Below, in pieces: positions 28,144-36,990 of a stretch of DNA of 64,000 bases. How positions within the stretch are numbered: position 1 is the stretch's first letter; each line of letters starts with the position of its first letter. Origin of the DNA: Vicinamibacterales bacterium. GTDB lineage: Bacteria; Acidobacteriota; Vicinamibacteria; Vicinamibacterales; UBA2999. The translations under genes and the position numbers were made by a program. The stretch covers positions 27,262-91,261 of the forward strand of contig DASWZV010000065.1 in assembly GCA_036407095.1 (NCBI GenBank), written 5' to 3'. The notes under the pieces were generated by a model, which worked only from the letters and a program-made list of their open reading frames with translations, did not search any database and was not told where the DNA came from.

Positions 28144-28668
28144 TTAGGCCGCCTGCGGACGCAGCATGCGGCGCCACAGTAGGAACGCTGACGCGATCGT
28201 CCCTGCGCACGCCACCAGGACGAGCATCATCACCCCGCGCTGCAATTGGTCCGACTGGAGGACCTGCAGCACGCGATCGCCGTAGTGCCTGGCCAGCACT
28301 GCCTCGGTACCGAAGCGAATCAGCCGCATCACTCCGAACACCAGGAAGAACCGCCATCGATCGAAGTCCAGTGCACCGCACGTCAACACGAACGGCGTCA
28401 ATGGAAACGGCGGTGGCATGACGGCGGCAGCCGCCAGGGCACCGGCGCCGCTCTTCTCCAGGCGTTTCTTCATGCGCTCGAGGTGGCTCGGCGATACCAG
28501 CCGCGTCAAGCCCGCACCTCCCGCACTGTGTCCCACCCAGTACGTCAACGCGGCGCCGACAAGCGAGCCCGCTGTCACGAGTGGCGGAAATATCCAGAAG
28601 ATCCCGCCATACTTCGAGGCGAGCACGATCACGAGCGCATCAACTCCAAATGGCACAACACCCACCAA
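28144..28668 (-). CDS. YqaA/DedA-like (SNARE-associated) membrane protein
   Basis: VVPFGVDALVIVLASKYGGIFWIFPPLVTAGSLVGAALTYWVGHSAG. The start is TTG or GTG. The N-terminus looks short for the family. Confidence 0.6.
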   Translation of the reverse strand: MVGVVPFGVDALVIVLASKYGGIFWIFPPLVTAGSLVGAALTYWVGHSAGGAGLTRLVSPSHLERMKKRLEKSGAGALAAAAVMPPPFPLTPFVLTCGALDFDRWRFFLVFGVMRLIRFGTEAVLARHYGDRVLQVLQSDQLQRGVMMLVLVACAGTIASAFLLWRRMLRPQAA

Positions 28669-28957
28669 AGAGACGAGTCAGCTCTCGCCAGGGAACGACG
28701 CCCATTAGGAGATCGACCGTCGAAGAGGAACCACCGCAAGGCCGCAAAAAAACCCGATGCCGCGAGCGCGACCGTTCCGCACCTTCGCAATGTCGATGCC
28801 ACGTGAAGACTCCCTGAAAATCTGTGTGCCGCGATGCGCGAAAGAGGCACGCAGCGAGCACAAGGAAGTGTTTTTGACCCGGTTACACGGTGCCGCCGAT
28901 GCCGCGATGCTGCGCGACCCCCCACCACGGATTGAAGCTGGAAGGAGCGAGCTCATC

Positions 28958-29233
28958 GTGCGCCGGTCGACTGCTGGACCACGCGCGAGTACCTTTGAAG
29001 ACATTCTTCAAAGGCGAGGCGATGTCGTGCAACGCCGCATCATTGGATTCCATCAGGACGAGGAGCAGCACTGGGTTGCCGATCTCGAGTGCGGCCACAC
29101 CCAGCACGTCAGACATGATCCCCCGTGGCAGATCCGGCCCTGGGTCCTGTCGGAGAAATCACGCGCCGGATTCATCGGTGTGACGCTCAACTGCGTGAAG
29201 TGCGACGCCCTTCCCGAGGGAAACGCACGCTGA
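28958..29233 (+). CDS. DUF3565-like small protein
   Basis: IIGFHQDEEQHWVADLECGHTQHVRHDPPWQIRPWVLSEKSRAGFIGVTLNCVKCD. I chose the GTG at 28958 because GAAGGAG lies ~10 nt upstream. An ATG at 28907 is an alternative start. Confidence 0.6.
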   Translation: MRRSTAGPRASTFEDILQRRGDVVQRRIIGFHQDEEQHWVADLECGHTQHVRHDPPWQIRPWVLSEKSRAGFIGVTLNCVKCDALPEGNAR

Positions 29234-29240
29234 GATTGTC

Positions 29241-29302
29241 GGTCTCATGGCGGGCGGACATTCGAAGCCAAAAATCTCGCGCCCGCCCAAAAAAAAGAGA
29301 CC
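29241..29302 (+). other. GC-rich stem-loop followed by an A8 run, closed by an outer GGTCTC/GAGACC pair
   Basis: GGCGGGCG (29249-56) pairs with CGCCCGCC (29280-87). CAAAAAAAA follows, then GAGACC (29297-302) pairs with GGTCTC (29241-46). Confidence 0.3.
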
Positions 29303-29385
29303 GGCGTGTCGATTTGCGGGGTCGCCGTCCGACGTCTCAATGAGAGCGACGATTTTGGGCCACTCGGCCGCAAGGAGTAAAGACG

Positions 29386-29787
29386 ATGCGATTTCTATCG
29401 GTTTACAAGACGGTTGAACGCAGTACCCCGCCGACGCGTGAAGAGATCGACCGGATGGGACAGCTTATCGAGGAAGGGATGAAGTCGGGTTGGCTGGTGT
29501 CGACCGAGGGGTGCCTGCCGAGCGCCAAAGGTGCGAGAGTGCAGAGGACAGGCACGAAAGTCACGGTCACTGACGGACCCTTTGCCGAGGCGAAGGAGCT
29601 GATCGGCGGATTCGCGATCCTGGAGGCGAAATCGAAGGAAGAGGCGATCGCGCTAACCAAACGGTTTCTCGAAGTGGCAGGCGAAGGCGAGTGCGAAATC
29701 CGGCAGCTCTTCACGGCTGAGGGCGCAAAGGGCGGCGACACCGCCGCTCGTCACACAGAGCTCAGCGAGCAGTACGCGCAGCGCTGA
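29386..29787 (+). CDS. YciI-like (DGPF-motif) protein
   Basis: VTDGPFAEAKELIGGFAILEAKSKEEAIALTKRF. AAGGAG lies ~8 nt upstream of the ATG. Confidence 0.75.
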   Translation: MRFLSVYKTVERSTPPTREEIDRMGQLIEEGMKSGWLVSTEGCLPSAKGARVQRTGTKVTVTDGPFAEAKELIGGFAILEAKSKEEAIALTKRFLEVAGEGECEIRQLFTAEGAKGGDTAARHTELSEQYAQR

Positions 29788-29817
29788 TCGTCTGTTGTTC
29801 CTGCAGACACGCAGGTG

Positions 29818-30270
29818 TCAGTGTTTCCAGGCGAACCCCAGCGGCCGCCCCGTTTCGAGGTACGTCTTGACGCTGCTCAGGATTTCGGGCCACGCTCGCG
29901 CACAGCCGGCCATCAGCTGGCTGCCGTCGGCGAACCCCGACTGCGTGAGGCGAAGTTGCACGACCTGAGAGCCCGGTGCCGTCGGCGAGGCCGGCGGCCC
30001 GATCTCGACGGTGACGTCAGTCGCCGGCTCGTTGATGCCGATCACGTCGAACGTGTACGAGAGCACACGCGGAGGCTCGCTGCGCCGGACCTCTCCCCTC
30101 CACAAGACTCTGCCGGACTCGTCGACCTCGCTGACGGGTGCACCTTTCGTCCACGTCGATTCGATCCGGCCCCAATTCTTCGCGAGCGCCTCGGCGCTCG
30201 TCATCGCGTTCCAGAGCTGCTCCGATGTCGCAGCCACATGGATGACGTAGGTAATGGCGGCGTTGCTCAT
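29818..30270 (-). CDS. SRPBCC / AHSA1-like protein
   Basis: ITYVIHVAATSEQLWNAMTSAEALAKNWG. The length (~150 aa) is typical. The start was trimmed to MSNAAITY. Confidence 0.7.
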   Translation of the reverse strand: MSNAAITYVIHVAATSEQLWNAMTSAEALAKNWGRIESTWTKGAPVSEVDESGRVLWRGEVRRSEPPRVLSYTFDVIGINEPATDVTVEIGPPASPTAPGSQVVQLRLTQSGFADGSQLMAGCARAWPEILSSVKTYLETGRPLGFAWKH

Positions 30271-30585
30271 GCGTGAATCGTGATGCAAGGAACGCAGCAC
30301 TTTCGGTCACAGCGCTGATTTGTCTTCCGACTCCGACGATCCGATTCCAGTGATGCGCCCCTCACGCGAAATCGGCAGCCGAACACCAGGGATTGGTCAC
30401 TCGAATATCAGCGTCCGGCGCCACCCATCGCTGCGGCGCGCGGTGAACGGGACTTCAAGAATCCGCTTGCCCATGCTCAAATCATCGCCCGGGCGACGCT
30501 CATCTGTATCAGAATATTTCTGTTTGCGGCCTGGACTGAGCGTCGTCAATGTGGCAAGGTGATTCCTAAGGACGGCAACGGAGCA

Positions 30586-30795
30586 ATGAGCTTCTGCGAT
30601 CACTGCCAAGGGCAGCGGTTCGACCGCGCCCAGGTTCTGCGAGTGCTGCGCGACACCCGTCGGCAACTACGGGAGTCTCACAATTCGAAGACAGTCGACC
30701 ACGCGCTCGCGCTCGTGATTGAGTCAGTGCGACGCCTGGAGATCCCGCACCTCGAAATCGACGACGAGAATGTGAACGAAGCGTCGATTCACTGA
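30586..30795 (+). CDS. Small hypothetical protein (weak call)
   Basis: ORF MSFCDHCQGQRFDRAQVLRVLRDTRRQLRES... lies in a relatively A/T-rich intergenic patch. An alternative GTG start is at 30559. There is no convincing RBS. Confidence 0.3.
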   Translation: MSFCDHCQGQRFDRAQVLRVLRDTRRQLRESHNSKTVDHALALVIESVRRLEIPHLEIDDENVNEASIH

Positions 30796-30835
30796 GTCGA
30801 GAACCCTTGTGCCACGATCGCCAGGCACAAGGGAA

Positions 30836-32668
30836 CTAGCCTTTCTGGTAAAGCGCAGTGACTGTCAAAATGACCGGCACCGGTACGTTGTTCAGTAGCG
30901 TCGGCGTGAACTCCCACTGCTGCACCGCGTCGACCGCTGGCTGGTCGAACGGCGGGACCGAGCGAAGCACTGTGACGACACTTACCTTTCCGTCGGGGCC
31001 GACAAACCCCTCGAGGATGACGACCGCGCCTGATGCCGGCAGCGGAGCCGTCGGGCACACCGGAGAAGCGTCCCTCACCTTCTGGGGCGCCCTGATAACT
31101 CCGCCCACCCGCACCGGCTGAATCGGCGTCGCGGGCCGATCCTGCGCCGCGGGGGCTGCCGGCAACATCGTAAAGAGCGGCGTCGCCGCTGGCCGCTCGC
31201 GCGCCATTACTCCGCGTGTCATTGCGGGCGGCGCGGCACCGACAGTCCCACAGCGAACCGTAATCGTTTCGACGATCGCCCCCATTCGCATCGAGAGCCT
31301 GCGCTCTACGCTTTCGCCCGCTGCGAGCGTCAGATCAACCGTCACGTTCGCAAAGCCAGGAAGTACGGCCACGAGCTGGTAGCGTCCCGGCGGCAGGTCG
31401 GCGAACGCGAAAAAGCCTGCTCCATCGCTGCTACGTGAGTGCACGACGCCGCTTGCCGTTTCAGTCAATGTCACGCCGACACCGGGAAGTACACCGCCCG
31501 ATAGGTCTGTCATGACACCTGAGATCGAGCCGGGCTCTTGCTGCGCCGGGACAACGGGCGCGGCCGAACGCGAGCGCCGGGCTGCGGGGTCTGCCGGGCG
31601 CAGCGCGTTGGGTGCACTCGTCTCGACGGGGATGGACGCTGCCAACACGACATCGACATCAGCGACGCTCATCGCGGACTCTCGAGCGGGCCCGGTGATT
31701 GCGATCGCCGCTATTGGAGCGGCCGCGATGATCGCAGCGGCTACGACACACACACGCGCGCGGCGTGAGAGCGGCTCTCGATTTCGCGTCTGACTCAGCA
31801 TGGCCGAGACTCTCCTTTCGAGCGTTGATGGATTCGCTACAGCGAGACCCGAAGTCCTCAAGTGGCGATACCCCGCGGCGTGCCGCGCCACATCCAGCAG
31901 ATGTGTGGCGTAATCAGTGGCCTCGATTCCTGCCAAGAGCACCGCGTCGTCGCACGCGTATTCGCTTTCGTGGCGCAGCTGTCGGCAGGCGATCCATACG
32001 AGCGGATTGAACCAGTAGAGGGCGCGCACAGTTTCACCGGCGAGCTGCAACGCCCAGTCGCCCCGGCGGATGTGCGCGAGCTCGTGAGCGAGAATGGCGA
32101 CCCGCCGTTCGGCGGTCCAGGACTCGGCGCCTGACGGGAGGAGGACCTTCGGGCGGAAGAAGCCCCACGTCAACAGAAGCGAGGGATTGTGGCTTTCGAG
32201 AAGAGTCACGGGCTGGAGCGACAATCTGTCCGCGAGCTCGCGCCAAGGACCGGAACGAATGACCGTGCAGCGCCGCGTCTCGCGCGCGAGCCGCGCGAAG
32301 CCGGTGATCAAGCCTGCCAGAACGACGAGTGCGCCCGCCATCCAGGCCATCCGAATCGCATCCACCCAGGAAACCCCTTTCGGTGGGGGAACTGCGGTCG
32401 ATGCGCCGCCGCCATCGGTTACAGCCCGTGAGGTCATCGCCAACGTCAACGCCGAAGAGGCGTCCTGCGCGGGCGATCCCCACGCAATCGGCACCTCCCA
32501 GGCGGGAACGATCATCTCGAGCGCGGGAGCAGCAGCCGCGGCCAGCAGCCCCGCGCCGAGCACCGCGTGCCGCACTGATGCCGAGCGCTGTCTCAGCGCT
32601 ACCGAGATGCCGAGCGCGAGAGCCAGGACGATGGTGACGTCGGCCAGCGCCGAGAGCGCGAGACTCAT
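30836..32668 (-). CDS. BlaR1/MecR1-like M56 peptidase sensor fused to CarboxypepD_reg-like and TonB C-terminal domains
   Basis: M56 zinc motif AILAHELAHIRRGDW. CarboxypepD_reg region: SISGVMTDLSGGVLPGVGVTLTE...GRYQLVAVLPGFANV. TonB_C-like region: DGKVSVVTVLRSVPPFDQPAVDAVQQWEFTP. ATGA overlap with the blaI-like gene. Confidence 0.85.
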   Translation of the reverse strand: MSLALSALADVTIVLALALGISVALRQRSASVRHAVLGAGLLAAAAAPALEMIVPAWEVPIAWGSPAQDASSALTLAMTSRAVTDGGGASTAVPPPKGVSWVDAIRMAWMAGALVVLAGLITGFARLARETRRCTVIRSGPWRELADRLSLQPVTLLESHNPSLLLTWGFFRPKVLLPSGAESWTAERRVAILAHELAHIRRGDWALQLAGETVRALYWFNPLVWIACRQLRHESEYACDDAVLLAGIEATDYATHLLDVARHAAGYRHLRTSGLAVANPSTLERRVSAMLSQTRNREPLSRRARVCVVAAAIIAAAPIAAIAITGPARESAMSVADVDVVLAASIPVETSAPNALRPADPAARRSRSAAPVVPAQQEPGSISGVMTDLSGGVLPGVGVTLTETASGVVHSRSSDGAGFFAFADLPPGRYQLVAVLPGFANVTVDLTLAAGESVERRLSMRMGAIVETITVRCGTVGAAPPAMTRGVMARERPAATPLFTMLPAAPAAQDRPATPIQPVRVGGVIRAPQKVRDASPVCPTAPLPASGAVVILEGFVGPDGKVSVVTVLRSVPPFDQPAVDAVQQWEFTPTLLNNVPVPVILTVTALYQKG

Positions 32669-33066
32669 CGCGACGCCTCTTTCCTTTCTTTCCTCGCCTT
32701 CTCGATCTGGTCCGCGATGCGCTCGAGCTGCTCGGCCGAAAGCTTCGATGCCTCGCCACCAAGCAGGGCGGCCATCGCTTTCTCCGGCGAGCCGTCGAAG
32801 AACGTGTCGATCAGATGCCTCACGGCCGATTTCCGTGCGGCGTGACGCGGCACCGCCGGCGCGTACACGAACCTCACCCCGTCGTCTTGGTGACGGACGT
32901 GCCCTTTCTCCTCGAGCACTCGGAGCTGTGTGCGGACAGTGGAATAGCCAGCCTCGCCGGGCAGTTCGTCCATCACTTCGGCGGCCGTAGCGCGGCCAAG
33001 GCGGAAGAGGATGTCCATGATCTGCCGCTCGCGTCGACTCAACAGAGCATCGAGCGGTTTCGCCAT
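32665..33066 (-). CDS. BlaI/MecI/CopY-family winged-helix repressor
   Basis: LSRRERQIMDILFRLGRATAAEVMDELPGEAGYSTVRTQLRVLEEKGHVRH. The protein is 133 aa. Confidence 0.85.
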   Translation of the reverse strand: MAKPLDALLSRRERQIMDILFRLGRATAAEVMDELPGEAGYSTVRTQLRVLEEKGHVRHQDDGVRFVYAPAVPRHAARKSAVRHLIDTFFDGSPEKAMAALLGGEASKLSAEQLERIADQIEKARKERKEASR

Positions 33067-33067
33067 C

Positions 33068-33101
33068 TGTTATTTTTCTCGCACGTGCGAGAAAAATAAC
33101 A
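33068..33101. promoter_or_regulatory. 34-bp perfect palindrome, candidate BlaI-family operator
   Basis: TGTTATTTTTCTCGCAC|GTGCGAGAAAAATAACA, with 17/17 positions complementary. It begins 2 nt upstream of the blaI-like ATG and is strikingly A/T-rich for this sequence. Confidence 0.6.
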
Positions 33102-33248
33102 CCAGCGGGCGCCTGATGTCAACCTGACGGGCCGCGGACCGGAGGCGGTGTCGAGGAGAGTCGACGACACCGACCACGACGAGCTATTTCGTCAACGCGC
33201 TCCGCTGTACAATCCTGGCCAATTCCTTTTCGAGAAAGGTCATCTCTC

Positions 33249-35396
33249 ATGCGCAGAGCGGGTGGAATCGTCTCGCTGACTGGAATCGCGGTCGCAATCG
33301 CGCTGGCGACGCCCTTCGACTCGCCCTTTGGGCTCGCTCAGGGCAAGCAGGGCGGCACCAGTCGTGCGTCGGCAAAGCCGTACACGACCTGGCAGTCTTA
33401 CGCGGGCGGTGCGCACTCCTCGCAATACTCCGCGCTCGATCAGATCAACAAGAAGAACGTCGCCAAGCTCGATGTGGCCTGGAGCTTCCCCATCACCGGC
33501 AACAGCATCTTCAATCCCGTCGTCGTCGACGGCGTGATGTATGCCCCGGTTGGGGGCGGCGCGCTCGCCGCGATCGATGCGGCGACCGGCAAGGAGATCT
33601 GGCGCAAGGAAGGCGTGGCGCCCACCGGCGCGCGCGGGATGAATTACTGGGAGAGTCCCGATCGCTCCGACCGCCGGTTCATCTTCCTGCAGCGCGGCGA
33701 CGTCATCGCGGTCAACGCGCAGAATGGTGAGCCGATCACCTCCTTCGGCAACAACGGTCGTGTCGATCTACGCGACGCGATGGAGCGGAAGCCGGCAGGT
33801 CCTGTCGGCACCAGCAATCCCGGGCGAATCTTCGAGAACCTCTTCATCATCCCGCTGCCAGGTGGACCGAATTACGGCGGCCCGCCCTCCGACGTCCACG
33901 CCTACGACGTGCGGACCGGAAAGCTCGCCTGGATCTTTCATGTCATTCCGCACGAAGGCGAGTTCGGCTACGACACGTGGCCCGAAGGCCACTACAAGGT
34001 CGGCGGTGGCGTGCACAACTGGAGCGAGTTCACCGTCGACGAGGAGAACGGCATTGCGTTCATCGGATTCGGCACCGCGCGTTACGACTTTTACGGCGGC
34101 GATCGCAAGGGCAACAACCTGTACGCCAACTCGCTGGTCGCGATCGACGCTCGCACCGGCAAGCGGATCTGGCATCAGCAGCTGATTCACCACGATCTCT
34201 GGGACTGGGACATCCCGCAGTCGGCCAAGCTGCTGACGATCCGTCAGAACGGCAAGCCGCGACAGGTTGTCGCGCAGGCCACGAAGCAGGGGTTCCTGTT
34301 CGTCTTCGATCGGAAGACCGGTCAGCCGATCTGGCCGATCGAGGAACGAAAGGTTCCTCAGACCGATGTGCCCGGCGAGTGGACCTCTCCGACGCAACCC
34401 TTCCCGACGAAGCCGGCGCCGTTTGCCAAGCAGTCGCTTACCGAGAAGGACATCAACCCGTACCTGCCGAAAGAGGCGCAGGACGAGTTGCGCGCGCGGC
34501 TGAAGACGTATCGCAACGACGGGCTCTTCACGCCGCCAAGTTTCGAAGGGTCGATCGAGATGCCGGGACACAACGGCGGCGCCAACTTCGGGACCAGCGC
34601 GGTCGATCCCGATCGCGGCGAGTTCTACGTCGTCCACAAGTCGCTGCCGACGATGATCAGGCTCTCGCTGCCGGCGCCTCCGCGCGGGGCTGGACCTGGC
34701 GCGCGCGGCGGCGGCGGGGGTGGCGGCGGTCGGGGCGGCGGCAACACAATCGTCACGCCGGAGCAGAAAGCGGAGCTGATGGCGAAGGCGAAAGAGCTGG
34801 TCGACGCGGTTGCCAAGGGCGAGCGGGTCGAGTTCACATCGCCAGTCAACTTCCTGAACATCAACTTCCCGGGTGGATCGATGACCGCGGCGGCGCCGCC
34901 GTGGTCGGAGATCGTGAAGTACGACCTCAACACCGGAGACATCGTGTGGCGGGTTCCCGCGGGCGTGCAGGAAGCGCCGCCCGAGTACAACATCCCGAAC
35001 AACACCGGCGTGCAGTTTCCGCGGAACGCACCGCTCGTGACCGCTGGCGGATTGATCTTCCTCGCGACCGGTCCAGAACGAAAGGTGCACGCCTATGATC
35101 GCGACACCGGTAAGGAGCTTTGGCAGCACGGTCTTCCCAACGGTGCTGAGGGGATGCCGGCCACTTATCAGGTGAACGGGCGGCAGTTCGTCGTACTGCC
35201 AGTGGCACAGGCGACCGGCACATTCCCGGCTTCGTTCAACAACGCGGGCGCACGAGCCGCAGGGCCAGCGTCCGCTGGTCCCCCGGAGGCGGTTGCCGCG
35301 CAGGCCGGCCAACCCGGAGCCGGCGGCCGTCAAGGCCGGGGCGGTGGCGGACCGGCGTTGCCGAGCGCGTACATCGCGTTCGCCTTGCCGCAGTAA
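33249..35396 (+). CDS. PQQ-dependent dehydrogenase (quinoprotein, 8-bladed propeller type)
   Basis: Signal peptide, then WQSYAGGAHSSQYSALDQINKKNVAKLDVAWSF, QQLIHHDLWDWDIP and repeated propeller-blade patterns. Contains a Gly/Arg-rich insert and an Ala/Gly/Pro-rich tail. Confidence 0.85.
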   Translation: MRRAGGIVSLTGIAVAIALATPFDSPFGLAQGKQGGTSRASAKPYTTWQSYAGGAHSSQYSALDQINKKNVAKLDVAWSFPITGNSIFNPVVVDGVMYAPVGGGALAAIDAATGKEIWRKEGVAPTGARGMNYWESPDRSDRRFIFLQRGDVIAVNAQNGEPITSFGNNGRVDLRDAMERKPAGPVGTSNPGRIFENLFIIPLPGGPNYGGPPSDVHAYDVRTGKLAWIFHVIPHEGEFGYDTWPEGHYKVGGGVHNWSEFTVDEENGIAFIGFGTARYDFYGGDRKGNNLYANSLVAIDARTGKRIWHQQLIHHDLWDWDIPQSAKLLTIRQNGKPRQVVAQATKQGFLFVFDRKTGQPIWPIEERKVPQTDVPGEWTSPTQPFPTKPAPFAKQSLTEKDINPYLPKEAQDELRARLKTYRNDGLFTPPSFEGSIEMPGHNGGANFGTSAVDPDRGEFYVVHKSLPTMIRLSLPAPPRGAGPGARGGGGGGGGRGGGNTIVTPEQKAELMAKAKELVDAVAKGERVEFTSPVNFLNINFPGGSMTAAAPPWSEIVKYDLNTGDIVWRVPAGVQEAPPEYNIPNNTGVQFPRNAPLVTAGGLIFLATGPERKVHAYDRDTGKELWQHGLPNGAEGMPATYQVNGRQFVVLPVAQATGTFPASFNNAGARAAGPASAGPPEAVAAQAGQPGAGGRQGRGGGGPALPSAYIAFALPQ

Positions 35397-35409
35397 CGGT
35401 GCGTTCGGC

Positions 35410-36990
35410 TCAGCGACGCTCTTCTGGGGGTTGCCGACTCTCTTCGGGAGGTTGTCGACTCTCCTCTGCGGGTTGTCGACTCTCCTCTGGGGGTTGTGAG
35501 GGACCGGCTGCAACAGTGCCCCGGATGGTGACGCCCAACTCGTCTACGCCTTGCTTGAACAGATCCAGAATCCGTCCGCTGGTGCGGAACTCTTCGAGGA
35601 TCGCCGCTCGGCGGCTGGTGCGTAGATCGCTGATCACGTACGCGAGCGTCGTCGCCATCACCGACCCCTCTTCGGTTCGTGTCGCCTCGAAACGGTTCTG
35701 GAACGCCCGCAGCGTCGTTTCGAATGACGCCTCGTGCCACCGCTCGATACCGCTCTCAACGTGCAGGAAGTCGTTGAGCACCGCAGCATATTGCGGCGTC
35801 GGTGGACGATGCCAGAACGAGACGTCGGGGCCGAACGCCTTTACGTAGATGGGCAGGTAGAGATTTGCATGCGCGGGAACTCGCTTGCCGAGCGCCGGGT
35901 TGAAGCGTTTCACGACATCGAGCTTGAGACCGCTCCGGGCGGTGATGTCGACCGCAGGGCGCGCTGTCGACAGCCGCATCGCGAAAATCGCCGACTGCTG
36001 GTACTCGGCGGTCAATCGCTTCACGTTGACCATGTTGCCGAACACCATTTCGGCATACAGAGACGATTTGTATCCGTACGTCCGGAACAGGTCCGAATAT
36101 CGCTCAGCGGAAATCTCCCGAAGACGCCCAGCGAAGTCCGACCCGAGGAAGTACTGCTCGCGCGAGCCGACACCACCGAGTCGCTCGCCGTTGATCACCG
36201 TCCGACCCACGTTGACGCCGCCGGCGTGATGTTCCGAGAGCGCTGGAATGTAGCTCCCGTACATCGTGGCGAGGATCGTCAGGTAGGCAGCGCAGTACGG
36301 CGCCTGGGTCGTCTGGTTGTAGGCCTCGAGCACGGCCGGCGACAGTTTGTTCAGAAACGCCCAGTTGCTGCTCAGGAACTGACAGAAGCCGACGGCTCGC
36401 GCGCGGGAGCGGGCCCGCCCATCGAGACCTGATTCAAGGATGGCCTGGGCCAATCCTATTTCTGCCGGCACGCCAAACCGCTCGTAGATCTTCCCCCATT
36501 CCTGGAGGAAACCGCCGTAACGCCGCGCGTTCGGCGTGAGGAACTCCCCGCGGGTCGGGTTGTGCACCAGCGGGCCGGTCACCGGCGTGAGCAGACGAAC
36601 GACCTCGTCGCGCCGCGCATCCAAATCCCTGGGAAGTGTTCGTCCATTCAGGAGCTCATTCAGCCCCTGCTCTTCCCAGACACCATCTCGCGCCCAGTCG
36701 CCGGCGTTTGGAAAGATCGCCAATAACCGTCCGTCCTGGGCGCTGCCGAACGCGATTCGTCCGTCGGGAATCGTGAAAATGTACCGCCAGAAGGGGTATT
36801 CCGGCCGGAACATCTGAATCGCTGCGAGATCCTGGTCCAGACGGGCGCGGGAGTACTCGGTGGCGGCCTGGGCGGCAGCCGGTTCCGAAGCGTTCGCGAG
36901 CGGAAGGCCTGTGGGAGTCCCTTGTGCGCGAACCGACGATCCGACGCTCACAAGCGTCGCGAGTCCGAGCAGCAGGCTCAGATGTTTCAT
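35410..36990 (-). CDS. Secreted protein with an SLT-like lytic transglycosylase motif and C-terminal heptad peptide repeats
   Basis: Signal peptide MKHLSLLLGLATLVSVGSSVRAQG. LAQAILESGLDGRARSRARAVGFCQFL has the E-S...G.xQ pattern. The C-terminus is PPEESRQPAEESRQPPEESRQPPEERR. Confidence 0.7.
   Translation of the reverse strand: MKHLSLLLGLATLVSVGSSVRAQGTPTGLPLANASEPAAAQAATEYSRARLDQDLAAIQMFRPEYPFWRYIFTIPDGRIAFGSAQDGRLLAIFPNAGDWARDGVWEEQGLNELLNGRTLPRDLDARRDEVVRLLTPVTGPLVHNPTRGEFLTPNARRYGGFLQEWGKIYERFGVPAEIGLAQAILESGLDGRARSRARAVGFCQFLSSNWAFLNKLSPAVLEAYNQTTQAPYCAAYLTILATMYGSYIPALSEHHAGGVNVGRTVINGERLGGVGSREQYFLGSDFAGRLREISAERYSDLFRTYGYKSSLYAEMVFGNMVNVKRLTAEYQQSAIFAMRLSTARPAVDITARSGLKLDVVKRFNPALGKRVPAHANLYLPIYVKAFGPDVSFWHRPPTPQYAAVLNDFLHVESGIERWHEASFETTLRAFQNRFEATRTEEGSVMATTLAYVISDLRTSRRAAILEEFRTSGRILDLFKQGVDELGVTIRGTVAAGPSQPPEESRQPAEESRQPPEESRQPPEERR
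35414..35500. repeat. About 4 tandem copies of a 21-bp unit inside the 3' end of the SLT-like CDS
   Basis: GGTTGCCGACTCTCTTCGGGA (35429-49), GGTTGTCGACTCTCCTCTGCG (35450-70) and GGTTGTCGACTCTCCTCTGGG (35471-91), plus partial flanking copies. Each unit encodes the 7-aa repeat EESRQPP. Confidence 0.8.

Noticed and set aside
28640-28716. Possible frameshift at the 5' end of the yqaA-like gene. The upstream frame reads MGVVPWRELTRLFGG and might supply a missing N-terminus.
   Set aside because: Only about 17 residues are at stake and there are no family-specific motifs. TTG/GTG starts at 28656-28668 are adequate. This cannot be distinguished without homologues or reads.
33768-35513. 581-aa minus-strand ORF antisense to the PQQ dehydrogenase
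   Set aside because: The plus-strand frame has unmistakable quinoprotein motifs. The antisense product is Arg-rich nonsense and reads through the gene end into the neighbouring repeat.
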